Positions 10,326 to 21,243 of a stretch of DNA of 41,461 nucleotides are shown in pieces. Source of the stretch: Malassezia furfur (lineage: Eukaryota). How positions within the stretch are numbered: the first letter of the stretch is position 1; each line of letters begins with the position of its first letter. Where the stretch lies: assembly GCA_052055015.1 (NCBI GenBank), contig JBQJIT010000048.1, one strand, 5' to 3'. Below the pieces are notes generated by a model. The model did no database searches. It saw only the letters and a list, made by a program, of their open reading frames with translations, and was not told where the DNA came from. Position numbers and translations under genes: made by a program.

Positions 10326-10911
10326 TGCCGTTTATTGGAGCCATGATGAAACCGACGTCATACCCACCCGACATTGTAGCTACATGAACACAGAGTGGGC
10401 TGCGGGTGCTCATTCCGTGTTTTCTACTTTTGAATAGAAACAATTTATCCTACATCCTAAACGGCTTCGTCGGTAGTATTGGGCATTGGTATGCATCTCA
10501 AAAGGCGAACCACTACATTCTATGCATTGCAACTCTAGTCTTGAGACTTCAGGGTACCACGTCCATTAGGCACTGTACGGACAGAATCATATGTACAAGT
10601 TTCTTGTATGCCATAGATTCTAGACTGCCCCTTCGCCTACGATACTCCATCATTTATCCATGCCCTCAAGACTGACCAGCCTGCGTATCTAAATTCGAAG
10701 GATTCGTAAGCGTCACATCCGCGTGCGAATCCCTCGAGCCAACCACGCGAAGCTTCGGTCCGTGCATCGCACAGAGCTAGGTACAGGCGGCCCACATTCT
10801 TGTGAAAATGGCCAGCAGCACGTGTTAGCGTACGTAACCAATCGCAATTTGGATTCAATTTGTGTGGGGGATCCGGAGATTTGTCACTCTCCGCTTCACA
10901 CTCCCTTGAAC

Positions 10912-12549
10912 ATGAGCTCAGTCGTGAAGAGTACGCCTGTGGGCGATATTCCTAAGATCGTCGAGAGCCTTCGCTCGTCTTTCTTGAGTGGAAAAACTCG
11001 GAGCTTGGAATATCGGAAGAATCAACTGAAGCAATTCGCATTTCTCATCGCGGACCATGAAGCGGACTTTACCAAGGCAATTTTGCAAGATCTTGGGCGC
11101 CCGCCGATGGAAACAGGCTTCGGCGAGATTATTTCCGTGAAGAACGAGATCATTGACGCGATCAACAACCTTTCTCGTTGGGCAAAGCCTGAATCTGTGT
11201 CAGCAGGTCCGGCCTATTGGTTTCACAAAAAGCAGGTCCTCAAAGACCCGCAAGGTACTGTGCTTGTCATCGGGGCCTGGAACTACCCAATGGCAGTCCA
11301 GCTGGGCCCTATTGTCGGTGCCATTGCTGCCGGCAATACAGTGGTGTTGAAACCCTCGGAGCTTGCCCCGCACACGGCTCAGCTCATTGCAGACCTCTGG
11401 CCGAAATATTTGGACCCCGAATTGACGCAGGTGATCAATGGAGGCATTGAAGAAACCACTGCATTGCTCGATCAGCGGTTCGAACACATTTTCTACACTG
11501 GAAACGGTACAGTGGGACGGATCATTGCGGAAAAAGCCGCCAAATGGCTTTGCCCCACCACCCTAGAGCTGGGCGGAAAGTCGCCGGTAATCATCGACAG
11601 CACGGCGGACTTGAGCATTGCAGCACAGCGTGTTCTCTGGGCCAAATCATTTAACACTGGCCAGACCTGTATTGCACCCGACTATGTGCTCATTGATCGT
11701 TCGGTGCAAGACAGATTTGTGGTTGAATTGATTGAAGCAGCAAAGCAACGTTGGCCTTCGATGGACAAAAATGTCAAGGACCTTGGTCGTATTGTCAATG
11801 ACCGCCACTGGAAGCGTGTATATGCCCTTATGGAAAAGACCAAGGGCACTGTGGTATATGGAGGCACCAAAGATGCAGATGAGGCGACCAAATTCTTGCC
11901 GATGACGATCATCAAGGATGTGGATGGTTCCGACTCCACCATGTCTGAGGAGATCTTCGGCCCGATCTTGCCGTTGATTCCATTCGATCATATCCGCGAG
12001 GCAGTCGACTTTGTGAACGCAAATGACCAACCGTTGGCGCTGTATATGTTCACGAAATCGAACACAACTAAGGACTATATCTTGCGGTACACGCGCAGCG
12101 GAGCCGCCATGCGTGGAGATATGCTGCTGCATTTTGTTATCAATGACCTTCCGTTTGGAGGTACTGGCCCTGCGGGCTACGGTTCGTACCATGGCAAGAA
12201 GGGCTTTGACTGCTTTACTCATGAACGAGCGTATGTGGATGCTCCTGCCTCGGGCATCGTCGGAAATCTGGTGGAGAAGGTCATGGCAATGCGCTATCCA
12301 CCGTACACGCCAGCGAAGTTGTCCTTTTTCCAGCTTGTACTGAGTAAATGGATGCTCTTTGGTCGTCCAAAGAACCCCACCAAGTCGACAACCTCGATTG
12401 ATGCACCCATCAAAAAATCAGTATGTCGTCTGCTTAATGCACGAAAAGATCTAACATTACAGACTCTTGGTTTGATGGCGCCTACTTTGAAACGAATCGG
12501 CCTACTCTTTCTGATTCTTGCGGTGTTGCTCTCGAAAGTGTCTAAATAA
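10912..12549 (+). CDS. ALDH3-family (fatty) aldehyde dehydrogenase, Hfd1-like, C-terminal membrane anchor
   Basis: AWNYP, LKPSE, YTGNG, LELGGKSP, GQTCIAPDY, EEIFGP, LPFGG motifs and a hydrophobic tail. Probable in-frame intron 12421-12462. Confidence 0.92.
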   Translation: MSSVVKSTPVGDIPKIVESLRSSFLSGKTRSLEYRKNQLKQFAFLIADHEADFTKAILQDLGRPPMETGFGEIISVKNEIIDAINNLSRWAKPESVSAGPAYWFHKKQVLKDPQGTVLVIGAWNYPMAVQLGPIVGAIAAGNTVVLKPSELAPHTAQLIADLWPKYLDPELTQVINGGIEETTALLDQRFEHIFYTGNGTVGRIIAEKAAKWLCPTTLELGGKSPVIIDSTADLSIAAQRVLWAKSFNTGQTCIAPDYVLIDRSVQDRFVVELIEAAKQRWPSMDKNVKDLGRIVNDRHWKRVYALMEKTKGTVVYGGTKDADEATKFLPMTIIKDVDGSDSTMSEEIFGPILPLIPFDHIREAVDFVNANDQPLALYMFTKSNTTKDYILRYTRSGAAMRGDMLLHFVINDLPFGGTGPAGYGSYHGKKGFDCFTHERAYVDAPASGIVGNLVEKVMAMRYPPYTPAKLSFFQLVLSKWMLFGRPKNPTKSTTSIDAPIKKSVCRLLNARKDLTLQTLGLMAPTLKRIGLLFLILAVLLSKVSK

Positions 12550-12576
12550 ATGCTTCATAGTAGTAAGGCAGTAGAA

Positions 12577-15159
12577 TCAGGGTTCTTCCTCTTCTATGAC
12601 GGGAGTATGAGGATCCCTGCGAAGAAGTTTGGTGCGTAGCGCCGCCGAGGTATCAAGAGGACGTGTGTCGTCCACAAATGCTTTGTTTGTGTGTAGCATC
12701 TTGGGTGGACAGGGCGAGCCACGCCGACGGCGCTGCTTTCCCAGCTCCATCCAGTCAGAAATGTCGTGGACAGGCTCGTTCGGTTGACCAAGTCCACCAG
12801 CGTAAGAAATTTCTTCGTCGATCCAGTCATCATCCGCACTGAGTTTTACTCTGTTCGCGCGCTGCCGCAAAGGCCGCGTAGAATGAGCCTTATGGGTGTG
12901 TTTCTGCACAAGCGATGCGCGGACTCTCGGCGAGATGACTTTGGGCATACGTGGACTGTGCAGCGGCGAACGCGGAAGCCTCGGTCCCAGCACAGTGCCG
13001 CCATCGCTGGAGAAGCTTCGCTGACGTTGAAAAGCAGCAAATGCTTGCTCATCCATGGATACAGGTCGCGATCTCTGAGGAATATCAGAGGAGTCGCTGC
13101 GCCCAGAAGCCTTCCTGGAGAGCCGGCCAACGTCAGGAGTTAGCGTCAGACCATGTTGGAATGCCTTGCGTTGGACCATAGATTCTGATCGACGACGCGG
13201 ACGGGGATACTGCAAAGAGGTCCAGGATGACTGGCGACTCACACGTGAATGGGAAACAGGCGTAGCAGACCGTGAACTGCTTACGCTCAACGAGCGGTTG
13301 CGTTGCAAGGAGACAGATGCGACGCTGCCCACCGATAAACGCCGACCGTAGGCGCTGCCTGGACGTGCCATGCTTGATGTGCGCCGCAAAATAGGCGTGT
13401 CAAAGTGCCGCGAGGGCATCCGGGAATGCTGATCAAGCGAAAATGCTTTTTCGACCGGTGCAAATTCGCGGAAAGAAGGCGATGGAGAAACGCCACTGGA
13501 TGTCGACGCTGTCGGTGCCAGGGAGAAAGTTGATCTGTTCGCAACGAGCGTGGCGGGTAGCAGAGGTGGAGCCAACGGTGAGTCAGGAAGTTCCTCCTGT
13601 TTTGCATTGAACTGGGGTGTCCCGCTAAAATTGCTCACGGTCGCGCTAGGCGCAGGCGCAGTAGCGCGCACTTCTGCATTGGAGTCGCGCCGGTCCTTTT
13701 TTAGCCATGATTTGACGGAAGAAATCACAGAATTGTTCCGCTTGTATGGTACAGCATCTTCATGTGTTGCATGCGACACAGGCAGGCTCAAGAACTGCGC
13801 TCCATTTGCAGTGTATTCGTGGTTGGGTTGTGCGGCACGATCGCTGGACGCAACGGGAGCAAGTGAGACGACTGGGGCCATCCGTAGATGAGAAGTGCCA
13901 TCGTGCGTGCCTCTTGACAGAGATGCACGTCGTGAGCTGACCGCACTTTGTGAGTCGGAAGAAGGAGAGAGCTTATTGAAGTCGTCCGACGCAATGCCAA
14001 GTGTATTCGCCTGTAGCGGTGAGCTCTTCGCGCGATGCAGTAAAAGCCACCAAAGTGCACCGGCCGCATCACAGGCATTGGTCTGTACACTGTAGCGAAT
14101 CTGGCCCACTGCAAAGCCGAGCGTTTGGAGCATATGAAAAAGCTGCTGCTCCACGGGGCTCTCAAAGGGTATATAAGCTGGCTGCGTAAGCATGGCAACA
14201 AAGTCCGAGGGCGGAGTGTACGTTGATTCTGGCTCATTTGGCGAAATCGAGCGCATGTGCAATGATTGGTACCGCGAACGTTCCGACGACGAACGCTGCA
14301 ACGTAGACGGTGATGGGGCTTGGTACCATGGATGTGAAAGAATTTGATAAATGCTTGGGCGCTTTGATCCGTCTTTTTGCAGAATCCAAGCAAGCAAGTC
14401 CTGCAGATTTTCCGAGAGCGTTTCGGGTATCAATACAGGATCATTCACAATTTTCCATTGCATGGCAGGCTCATTATCGTCGTCGAACGGCAGATAACCA
14501 CACACCAGAACAAAGAGGATCACTCCCAACGACCAGATATCGACCTCTGGACCTTGGTAAGGTTTACCTGCAAGCATTTCTGGGGCCGCATAGGCTGTAG
14601 TACCACAACGTGTCCGAAGTAGCTGATGCGGCTCAAACTCCCGCGTAAAGCCAAAATCGCTCAGCTTAATCTGATTATTGGAATCAAGCAGGATGTTCTC
14701 GAGCTTCAAATCGCGGTGAACAATTCCATGGGAATGGATGTAAGAAACAGCAAGACACATTTGACCAAATAGCTCTTTAGCTTTGGCTTCGCTCAAGCAC
14801 CCGTGATCCACAACATAATCGTACAATTCTCCATTTGCGCACAACTCTGTCACCATCCAGATACAAGATTCCGACTGTATCACTTCATAGAGTTGAAGTA
14901 CATTTTGATGGTGCATTCTCCTGTGATGATGAATCTCTCGCGTGAGACTGGCGACATGCTCTTTGGGTATCTGCTTCACAGCCACGCGCGAGTTGGTCAG
15001 ACGGTGGGTCGCCAACCGTACTTTTCCATAAGTTCCCTGACCAATGGTTCGTTGTAGGGTATAATTTCCAATTACTGTGAAGTTTCCCGACGTTAATTGA
15101 CGTCCGAGCTCATGATATGCAGACGTGAGCCGAGCTCGGCGGTTGTGCGCGTCGGCCAT
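12577..15159 (-). CDS. Ser/Thr protein kinase, CAMKL group (Ppk16/MARK-like)
   Basis: GQGTYGKV, VAVK, HRDLKLEN, DFG, CGTTAYAAPE, UBA-like segment and long Ser-rich tail. Start taken at MADAHN. Confidence 0.9.
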   Translation of the reverse strand: MADAHNRRARLTSAYHELGRQLTSGNFTVIGNYTLQRTIGQGTYGKVRLATHRLTNSRVAVKQIPKEHVASLTREIHHHRRMHHQNVLQLYEVIQSESCIWMVTELCANGELYDYVVDHGCLSEAKAKELFGQMCLAVSYIHSHGIVHRDLKLENILLDSNNQIKLSDFGFTREFEPHQLLRTRCGTTAYAAPEMLAGKPYQGPEVDIWSLGVILFVLVCGYLPFDDDNEPAMQWKIVNDPVLIPETLSENLQDLLAWILQKDGSKRPSIYQILSHPWYQAPSPSTLQRSSSERSRYQSLHMRSISPNEPESTYTPPSDFVAMLTQPAYIPFESPVEQQLFHMLQTLGFAVGQIRYSVQTNACDAAGALWWLLLHRAKSSPLQANTLGIASDDFNKLSPSSDSQSAVSSRRASLSRGTHDGTSHLRMAPVVSLAPVASSDRAAQPNHEYTANGAQFLSLPVSHATHEDAVPYKRNNSVISSVKSWLKKDRRDSNAEVRATAPAPSATVSNFSGTPQFNAKQEELPDSPLAPPLLPATLVANRSTFSLAPTASTSSGVSPSPSFREFAPVEKAFSLDQHSRMPSRHFDTPILRRTSSMARPGSAYGRRLSVGSVASVSLQRNRSLSVSSSRSATPVSHSRVSRQSSWTSLQYPRPRRRSESMVQRKAFQHGLTLTPDVGRLSRKASGRSDSSDIPQRSRPVSMDEQAFAAFQRQRSFSSDGGTVLGPRLPRSPLHSPRMPKVISPRVRASLVQKHTHKAHSTRPLRQRANRVKLSADDDWIDEEISYAGGLGQPNEPVHDISDWMELGKQRRRRGSPCPPKMLHTNKAFVDDTRPLDTSAALRTKLLRRDPHTPVIEEEEP

Positions 15160-15296
15160 CGTCAACTTGCTGTGCGCCTCCACACGGCTGTGGAGAAGCG
15201 TGTGGTTGACTAAGCCGGGCCGGTGGGGATACGGCCGCAGGTCCATGCACGTGTAGGGTTCAACACACTCAGCGAAGCTTTGTCTCCTACCTGAAC

Positions 15297-16077
15297 ATGT
15301 CTGCCAACCCTAAGCACGCTGACGCGAAGTATGTGTTCCTGACGGACTTCGACGGCACGATCACGTTGCTGGACTCGAACGACCACATGGTCGACACCGT
15401 GGGCATGGGCTACGAGGCGCGCCGCAAGATCAACGACGAGATTGTCGCTGAGCGCGTCGGTTTCCGTGACGGTTTCCGCACCATGATGGAGTCCGTCAAG
15501 CACCCCTTCCATGAGATGGAGGAGCTTGTCCGCCGCGATGTCAAGCTCGACCCCGGATTCAAGGAGTTCTATGCCTTCGCCAAGGCCAACAACATCCCTG
15601 TCATTGTGGTCTCGTCTGGTATGACGCCCATCATTCGTTCCATCTTCTCGAACCTCATTGGGGAGAAGGATGCCAACGAGATTGAGGTCATCTCGAATGA
15701 TGTCAAGTTCACCGATCCCGAGCAGACTGGCAAGACGTGGGAGCTGGTGTACCGTCACCCTGACAATGCGTTCGGGCACGACAAGTCGCAGAGTATTCTG
15801 CCCTACCGCAAAATGGCTAACCCGCCGCTGCTGTTCTTTGCCGGTGACGGTATCTCGGACATGTCGGCCGCACGCCACGCCGATGTGCTGTTCGTGAAGG
15901 ACAAGAAGGACAATGACCTCGCTACCTACTGCGACAACAACAAAATCGGCTACCACCTGTTCAAGGACTGGACCATTCCGAAGAAGATGCTTGAGGACGT
16001 ATGTACACAAGTTACTGACGCAGCTCATCTCCGGCAAGGTGACCGAGGCCGACATCATTACCAACACGAACCCGTAG
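15297..16077 (+). CDS. HAD-superfamily phosphatase, Pyp1 (YNL010W)/MtnX-like, 2 exons
   Basis: DFDGT, VSSGM, GHDKS, GDGISD motifs. Intron 15999-16023 gives C-terminus LISGKVTEADIITNTNP*. Confidence 0.85.
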
Positions 16078-16164
16078 ACAGAGGCCCCAGCGTAGTGGTA
16101 TCACGTGATACATGCCGATCGGCCGCGCGGCCCTAGCGCGCGACGTTCGCAGCTGGTACCAACG

Positions 16165-16942
16165 ATGAGTGCAGGTGCAGGCGAGGGCGCGTACAGCTTC
16201 TCGCTCACGACTTTCTCTCCGAGCGGGAAGCTAGTACAGATCGAACATGCGCTTGCAGCTGTCGGCCAGGGAGCTACGAGTCTCGGCATCAAGGCGTCTA
16301 ACGCTGTGGTGATCGCAACCGAGAAGCGTGCACCGTCGCCGCTCGTGGACGACGCGGCGCTCGAAAAAGTCGCGCTCGTGTGTCCTAACATCGGTATTGT
16401 ATACTCTGGTATGAGCCCCGATTTCCGGGTGCTTTTGGCCAAGGCGCGTAAAATTGCCCAGTCGTACTGGAAGATTTACGGTGAATATCCTTTGACCAAG
16501 GTTTTGGTGCAGGAGATTGCGACCATCATGCAGGACGCCACGCAGAGCGGCGGTGTCCGTCCGTATGGTGTTTCGCTTCTTGTGGCTGGCTACGACAATG
16601 CCAGCGGGCCTGCCCTCTTCCAGGTCGACCCTAGCGGGAGCTACTTCATGTGGAAGGCCAGTGCCATGGGCAAGAATATGACCAACGCCAAGACGTTCTT
16701 GGAGAAGCGGTACAGCGATGATATCTCTCTGGAGGACGCGATTCACACTGCGATCCTCACGCTCAAGGAAGGGTTCGAGGGGCAAATGACGGAAAAGACG
16801 CTCGAAATTGGCATCATCGGCCAGGCGACCAAGGGTGTGATTGGTGCCTCGACAGAGCAACAGCCCGTGTTCCGCCGGCTCACTGAGCAGGAGATCAAGG
16901 ACTAGTACGTGTGTTATGCTGACATTCAGTCTTGCGCTGTAA
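16165..16942 (+). CDS. PRE8: 20S proteasome subunit alpha-2, 2 exons
   Basis: [31 protein letters not shown]. Intron 16905-16929 gives EIKDYLAL*. Confidence 0.95.
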
Positions 16943-16948
16943 TTCCGA

Positions 16949-19280
16949 CTACTTGGTGGTAGAGCGCATAACGTTGCGGCTTGCACTGCGCCCAGGCTTG
17001 CGGCGCTGTGTGCGTCCGAACCGTGCTTCTTCGTCCAGCGCATCTGCTCCATAGCCCTGGTCGGCACCAGCACCTTTGGACAGACCCATACCAAATGTAT
17101 CTTCTTTCGACGCGCGCTTGCCCGCTTTGGCCTTCTTGCTCGGCGCCGCCGATGGCGTCCACGCAAGGCTGCCCGCGCCTTGCGGTCCATCGTCGTGCGA
17201 AGCACGCGCCGATGAAGTCCGCGGTTTTTGCTGGCCGGCGCGCTCGCCAAGCGTCTGTACACGCTCGTCCAGTGCCATAGAGTCGTCGTCAAGCAGGCGC
17301 GGTGTGCGTTTCGCGACCTTGGGCGCCTTGGCTTGGGGAATCGACCGCGGTGGGGGGGAGGGGGTGCGGTCCTCGTCGCTTGGCTCCCGCGCCTCTTCCT
17401 CGTCGGGGTCAAGCGACTCGCGATCGCTTTCCATCTCCTCCTCCATGGCAGGAACCATGCGACGACTGGTTTCGCGCAGTGCTGGCTCCTGCGCCTGGTT
17501 CTGCGCCGTGCTTGGGTTAAGCATCGCAAACTCCTTGCTCGTTTCATCCACTTGGAACTCGGGGTTCGTGAAGAGCTCCTTGAACCGCTGGTCCTCCAGC
17601 AGCTTGGTATCTTCCTTGTGTTTGGTCTGGCCCTTGGCCAGGCGCTCGGCCAGCGCCTTGTTGACCTGCACACTCTTGTGCAGCTTCGGTGCGTTGGCAA
17701 CGCTCCGAACGCGGCTCTCGGCCTCGCGCTCGATTTTGGCCTGGATGGCACGCTGCTTCGCCTCCTGGTAGGCCGTGGGGTGTGCCATGAGCCGCGCACG
17801 CTCGTACAAGCGCAGGGACAAGAAGTAGCCATGCATGTAGGGGCGCAACAACGGCGTGCCCACCAAGTGTGTAAGTTCGAGACGCTCCAGCTCGGCCTGG
17901 TCCACAAACTTGAAATCCTCGTATGCATTCGCACCGCCACCTGCACCTGCAGCATCTGCGGCATCGATCTCGTCCGTAACGTTGTCGATGAAGCTACACC
18001 ACCGTGGGGCAGGGCCCAGTGCGGGTACGTACCACGCAGCCATCTGTGTGGCTTCCACTGTGGCAAAGATGAGACCACTTCCAGGGTACTGCTGCACATC
18101 GTTGAGGTTCGTCGACGGCGAGGGAGGCGACACCGAAACCACATTCTCGCCCGTCGTCTTGTCCCAAACCTTGATAACCTTGGCGTCGGCACTCAGCACC
18201 TTGTTCATCGATTCGGAACGCGCGTGTGCATCGGCACCAATGGTCCCTGCCGCGGCCGAAGCGTTGCGGTCGCCCGGCCAGGACAGCGAATGCACAGGAA
18301 GTCCGAAACCTTGGTCTTTGCACAGGTAAGGTTGGTCCATACGCAAATCGAACAGAAGCACATGACCCGTACTCGTTCCAACCGCCATATTCAACCCATC
18401 TTCTGCGCTTGCCAGTGCCGTTGTCGCTAGCGATTGAGACGCACGCGAGACAGCATCCGCGTCGACGTCTTTGCTGAAGAGACCGGGGAGTTGGCGCCGG
18501 GATGCGAGCAGTGCTGCATCCAAAACCGTCTGCGTCGCAATACTAAGCGCGCCAGCCTGTCGCCGCATACGCGGATCCCACAGCTCGACGACGCCCTCGC
18601 CATCGGTGCCAAAACTCAAAAGCCCATGCGCCGGATTCACGTCAACAGCATTGCAGCCATTCACCAGGTTTCCACGCTGCCCCAGTACATAGGGTGCCAA
18701 GTATTGCCCTTGGTGCAAGTTCAGGCGATAGATCTCGTTGCTGGATGCGCCCACGAGCGCATCAGCGCTGGGGAAATGGTAGCCCAAAGCGCGGCCGAAG
18801 CGAGGAAGGCGTACCGTCGTCAGAATGCCACCCTGCCCCTGAAGCTCAAGTGACCGATCACTCTGAAGATGCAAGGATTTAGTCCAATCGTCCGACAAAA
18901 TCTGGGTCAGAGTGCAAAGGCCGTACCTGGAAGTCGACGTTTTCGGCGTCCGTGTGACGCTCAAACTTCAAGCTGAGTTGCTCGCAATCCCACACACGGA
19001 TTTGGGGCTTGTACGTTCCAGTTGCCATGATATTGAGCCCATCGCGTGTGAAGCGGATTTTGTTGCTTGCTTCAGGGAATTCGAGGTCCTGGATCAATTC
19101 AATTTTGGAGAGAATCTTGTCATTTTCGATCGCCGCACGCCGCTTTTTCCGCTTGTTTGACGATCCTGACCGACGTAAGATATCGGGTAGCGAAGTAGAA
19201 TTGTACGACGCCTCTCCGGGCCCGGAACCCGAGCCACCGGACACGACATAAGCCCGCGCGGGCTCATGCGTCGCAGACAT
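16949..19280 (-). CDS. ENP2: Ribosome biogenesis WD40 protein Enp2/NOL10, 2 exons
   Basis: [69 protein letters not shown]. Intron 18902-18926. Confidence 0.93.
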
Positions 19281-19375
19281 CGTTTCGCGCACAGCGTCGA
19301 AAGATCCTCCACCCACTTTTTTTGCGGCCGTGGAAGTCACGTGCTCTACACCGTCGTCCGTTTTCCCAGTCCAGC

Positions 19376-19839
19376 ATGTCGAAGGCCGGCGGGAAGGCCG
19401 CGGCCGCAACGATTGTGAAGCTGATGGTGCCCGCAGGAAAGGCCTCTGCGCAGCCTCCTGTTGGTCCAGCTCTTGGTGCGAAGGGTGTCAAGGCAATGGA
19501 CTTTGCCAAGGAATTTAACGCGCGGACAGCAGATCTGGAACCCGGCCTTCTGACCCCCGCAGTCGTCACCATCCAGCCGGACCGCACCTTCTCGTTTAAC
19601 ATTTTGAGTATGTACAAGGTCCTAACTCAGCTCCGCCGACTTCACTGCTCTTGAAGCGCGCCGCAAACATTACCACTGGTGCACGTAAGCCCGGTGCCGA
19701 GGTCACGGGGACCATCAGCATCAAGCATGTCTACGAGATCGCCAAAATCAAAATGAAAGACGTGGACGTTACCGAAAAAGAGATGTGCAAAGTGGTGGCG
19801 GGGAGTGCCCGTAGTCTTGGCCTCCGCATCGTGCGGTGA
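19376..19839 (+). CDS. MRPL19: Mitochondrial ribosomal protein uL11m, 2 exons
   Basis: [33 protein letters not shown]. Intron 19608-19630 restores [12 protein letters not shown]. Confidence 0.92.
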
Positions 19840-20012
19840 TGCGCAGTCTTCCCAGCTCCGCACATGGTCATCGTTAGGGCCATACACCAGCCAGCACAGC
19901 TCCCTGTATTATTTTATTAACAAACTGGAAAAGGTTTTCATCGCCGAAATCAAGCCGGATCGTGTATATGCGGGTTTTCTTACATAGAGATGATTCGGCT
20001 AAATCTATTATT

Positions 20013-20835
20013 TTACCACAGCGTGAAGCCACCGTCAGGACGGATGTGGCTACCCGTGATGTAGCTCGCGTACTCGCTGAGCAGGAAGATCGCGGGGTAG
20101 GCCTGCTCGGCCGGCTCGCTGAAGCGGCCCAGGGGCACGCTCGAGGCCTGGTAGTCGCGGATCTTCTTGTCCATCACGCTGGTCTGCTCAGTGTTGCAGA
20201 AGCCAGGCTCGAGGGCGTTGACACGAATGCCGTGGTCCTTCCACTCACCGGCAAGACCCTTGACCATGTTGCTCACAGCACCCTTCGAGGAGTTGTAGAA
20301 CACCTGGGTGAGAGGGTCGTTCAGACCCTTCTGGTTGTAAATGTCGGCGCTCATAGACGACGTCACAACGATCGAGCCCTTCTTGAAGCCGGTCTCGATC
20401 CAGTGCTGCGCAACCGCCTTGGCAGTGTTGAAGACACCGAGAACGTTCACGTTGAACACCTTGTGGAAATCATCAGGAGTGAGCTCCGTGGCGGGCTTGA
20501 CCACCGAGACACCGGCGTTCGCAGCAAGGGCGGTGACCTGACCGAGCTCCTGCTCAGCCTGCTTAACGACCTTCTTAACCTGGTCGGCATCACTGACATC
20601 GCACTGGTATGCCTTAACCTTGACGCCATACTCCTTGGCGACCTCAGCGGCGTTCTTCTCCGCGTCAGGGTGCGAGTGGTAGAGGATCGCAACGTTGGCA
20701 CCGGCGTGGGCAGCAGCCTTGCTGATACCGAGACCACTGCGTTGTTAGTAGCTGAAGACAAGGTGTTTGAACATACATGCCGCGGTTACCACCGCTAACA
20801 ACAACAGTTCCAACAAGCTTGATTTCGACGGTCAT
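20013..20835 (-). CDS. SDR, NADP-dependent mannitol dehydrogenase-like, 2 exons
   Basis: SGGNRGIGLG after removing intron 20737-20776, ANAGVSVVKPATEL, LTQVFYNSSK catalytic YxxxK, DGG. TATA box at 20876-20884. Confidence 0.88.
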
Positions 20836-21243
20836 GATTCAAACAGGTGGGGTGAGGTAGGAACTTTAATGTTCGTTTATATAGACTTACAATGGCCCGT
20901 GTCCCCGACGGGAAGACCGCGACGCTCGGACCCCACCAAACGAATTACGACGGCTTTCCATGCGGGCTATGACGTAATAGACCAGGAACCTGGGCTACAC
21001 CCGCTCCAGCGCGGATTGGTCACTTCACCCATCCGATCGTTTGTGCGATCGATTATATAATCACAACGTCAGATTGTATCGTTGACCAATCTCGGGGTCC
21101 TATGTGACAAATGGTCGTGCGCAGCTGGTTTGATTGGCAGCGGTAAAACTGGGCGGAGAATATTACTCTCGCCGGGCGAGCAAGGGATTCATAAGCGATA
21201 TCCAAATTGTTGCCACACTTCACCACCACACCACTCGTCTACA

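Noticed and set aside
10420..10700. AT-richer patch as a centromere
   Set aside because: Too short and only moderately AT-rich compared with the sharp AT-rich cores described for Malassezia centromeres.
10723..10911. N-terminal extensions of ALDH, kinase, PRE8 and NSR1 in the ORF track
   Set aside because: They begin at non-ATG codons from the ORF caller, and homology starts at the downstream ATG.
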